Of a stretch of 33,440 nt of DNA, positions 31,480 through 33,440 are shown piece by piece. The notes under the pieces were generated by a model that made no database searches, was not told the origin of the DNA, and saw only the letters and a program-made list of their open reading frames with translations. The DNA comes from an uncultured Candidatus Saccharibacteria bacterium (GTDB lineage Bacteria; Patescibacteriota; Minisyncoccia; Phycocordibacterales; CAIZLB01), in contig CAZSTO010000001.1 in the NCBI GenBank assembly GCA_964610005.1, positions 1-33,440 of the forward strand. Direction: 5' to 3'. Made by a program: the position numbers and the translations under genes. The stretch's first letter is position 1. Every line of letters begins with the position of its first letter.

Positions 31480-33440
31480 ATGCTTATCTCACATAATTGG
31501 CTTAAATCATATTATAAAAACCCTGAATTAGTACCCGCCCCAGAAAAGGTTTGTGATCTGTTTACCATGCATGCTTTTGAGATAGAGTTTATGGAGCAAA
31601 GAGGTGATGATTACATTTATGACATAAAGATAACTCCTGATCGCGGTCCATATGCACATGGTCTTAGATATGTTGCTTTAGAATTAGCTTTGATCATCCC
31701 AGAGCTTGTTATAGATGAACATATACGTTTCGATATAAAAGATGAAGATCTTGATCAAACTAAACTTATCGTCAATAAAGATTTGGTTTCTGAAGACTTA
31801 AAAAAACTTTGTCCTGTGTATTCATTAGCAAAAATAGAAAATGTTAACAATACAGAATCTCCAGATTGGATAAAGAAAAATTTAATAGCCATAGAACAAA
31901 ATACAAAATCATTATTGGTTGATTTAACAAATTTTGTTATGTTCGACGTTGGTCAACCTCTACATGTATTTGATGCAGATAAAGTTGATGGGCAAATAAA
32001 AGTTGGATTATCAAGAGAAGGTGAGAGTATAACCATACTTGGAGGAAAAGAGATAAAGTTAGATACAGGAACTTTGGTTATCAGAGATGATAAAGATATA
32101 TTGGCTATAGCTGGTGTAAAAGGTGGTATCAAAGCAGAAGTAGATAATAATACTAAAAATATTTATTTAGAATCAGCAAACTTTAATCAAGCTGCAGTTC
32201 GTAAAACTGCCAGAAAGTTGAATCTTATAAATGATTCTTCAAAGCGCTTTGAACAAGGATTAAATAAAGAAAGATTTTTGATTGCGGTTCAAGATTATGT
32301 ACATCTATTAACTTGGGATAAACCTGAGATAAAAGTGAGTGAGACTGTTATATCAGATGATATAGAAAATATTATAAATAAAAATGATAAAAGAAATATT
32401 GACATCAATATTGACAACCTTGCCCTAACTATAGATAGAGAAGATAAAACTTTACCTGATTCTATAAAAAACTTTATAGAAAATATTTTACCAAAAACAG
32501 GCGCCGAGATTATAAAAAAAGATGGAAATGATTATACAATAATAGCTCCATATCATAGATCAGATATGAATATAGAGGCTGATATTGCTGATGAATTTTT
32601 ACGTAATAAAAGTTATGAAATATTAAAATATGATACAGATTTTAAAAATAAGTTTAATAAAATCTGCAGCAAAGATGATGCCATAAATGGTAAAATATAT
32701 AAGATTAAAAAATTCTTCAAAGACAAAGATTTTGATGAAGCCATACTTCATACTCTAGTTGATTCAAAAATTGATAAAGAGGCAATACATCTTGCCAATG
32801 CTTTAACTTCAGAAAGAGATAGTTTAAGAGCAAATCTTAAAAATAGTTTTATTATTGCCATAGAAAATAACTTTAAACATCTAGATCTCGTTTCAAAAAA
32901 TATGATCAAGATGTTTGAAATAGGAAATGTATTTAGTGAAGAAAATAATGATGTGAAAGAAAAAGCTCATCTTATTTTCGGCTTAGGTATGGTGAAATGG
33001 CCTAAGAATATAAAGATGGAAGATGAGATGAATGGTCTGCTTAGTGAGTTAGGGTTAGAAGGGGTTAAAACAGAGATTGTAAATAATATTATTATCTGTG
33101 AAGTTGATATAGATAGTCTTGATTTTACAAATTTATCTGATGAGAAAATAGAAAATCTACAATCAGAAAATGCACGTATAAAAACGCATACATATAAAAG
33201 AGCTTCAGCTTATCCAGCTATGAGTCGTGATATAGCTTTCTTTGTGCCAGATACTTTAGGTAAGACAGAGGGTGATATAGAAGAGATTATAAAAGAAGAA
33301 GTAAAAAATAATCCAATCATAGAGAATTATTTTAGATTTGATATTTTCAAGAAAGAGGATAAGACTTCTTATGGATACAGGTTTGTGTTTCAGTCTTATG
33401 AGAAGACTTTGACAGAGGAAGAGACTAAGGATGTTATGGG
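31480..33440 (+). CDS. pheT: Phenylalanine--tRNA ligase beta subunit (3' end beyond the window)
   Basis: I read an open frame from ATG 31480 to the window end. It is missing from the ORF track because it has no stop. The call rests on the MLISHNWLKSY N-terminus, ITPDRGPYAHGLRYVALELA, and its position next to pheS. Confidence 0.85.
   Translation, partial: MLISHNWLKSYYKNPELVPAPEKVCDLFTMHAFEIEFMEQRGDDYIYDIKITPDRGPYAHGLRYVALELALIIPELVIDEHIRFDIKDEDLDQTKLIVNKDLVSEDLKKLCPVYSLAKIENVNNTESPDWIKKNLIAIEQNTKSLLVDLTNFVMFDVGQPLHVFDADKVDGQIKVGLSREGESITILGGKEIKLDTGTLVIRDDKDILAIAGVKGGIKAEVDNNTKNIYLESANFNQAAVRKTARKLNLINDSSKRFEQGLNKERFLIAVQDYVHLLTWDKPEIKVSETVISDDIENIINKNDKRNIDINIDNLALTIDREDKTLPDSIKNFIENILPKTGAEIIKKDGNDYTIIAPYHRSDMNIEADIADEFLRNKSYEILKYDTDFKNKFNKICSKDDAINGKIYKIKKFFKDKDFDEAILHTLVDSKIDKEAIHLANALTSERDSLRANLKNSFIIAIENNFKHLDLVSKNMIKMFEIGNVFSEENNDVKEKAHLIFGLGMVKWPKNIKMEDEMNGLLSELGLEGVKTEIVNNIIICEVDIDSLDFTNLSDEKIENLQSENARIKTHTYKRASAYPAMSRDIAFFVPDTLGKTEGDIEEIIKEEVKNNPIIENYFRFDIFKKEDKTSYGYRFVFQSYEKTLTEEETKDVM

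Noticed and set aside
1-33440. Whole window translated with genetic code 4 or 25
   Set aside because: About 30 AT-rich genes are uninterrupted in the standard code and encode Trp as TGG. The PEP-CTERM ORF must stop at its TGA, because RRRRD is the canonical end of that domain. Only the first partial ORF needs TGA as sense.

Overview
This window is a compact, very AT-rich bacterial chromosome segment. Hand-counted 60-nt coding lines give 21-22 G+C of 60, and intergenic DNA is far lower. Genes I can support: an ECF-type sigma factor with a coupled membrane protein, ftsEX, class I aldolase, rmuC, a SAM methyltransferase, a CAP-domain protein, a DsbA-like oxidoreductase, an ABC exporter, pyrG, hisS, two MazF/PemK-like genes, a Type III restriction-modification pair, a comG/type IV pilus-like cluster, a processive GT2 synthase and pheS/pheT. 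The tiny gaps, absence of Shine-Dalgarno sequences and a minimal PheRS suggest a reduced-genome, Patescibacteria/CPR-like organism; this is inference only. No rRNA, tRNA, CRISPR array or transposase was seen. Unusual points: (1) G+C-rich islands (30-35 of 60 per counted line) sit in intergenic gaps. They carry self-contained minus-strand promoter-leader-ORF-terminator units: an orphan PEP-CTERM protein, two tandem cassettes with duplicated leader and identical terminator hairpins either side of pyrG, and non-coding units splitting pheS from pheT. (2) Both orphan MazF-like genes, inverted around hisS, are met at their 3' ends by near-consensus convergent promoters. Each promoter drives a predicted ~100-nt structured antisense RNA that ends at a terminator inside the toxin CDS. 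(3) A fold-back GC-rich RNA lies upstream of the Type III mod gene. (4) The res gene carries an in-frame TAA. (5) The first partial ORF is open only if TGA is read as sense. (6) At least ten AT-rich genes have an extended -10 box 6-7 nt before the ATG, which implies leaderless mRNAs. All RNA and promoter calls come from manual pattern reading and are untested.
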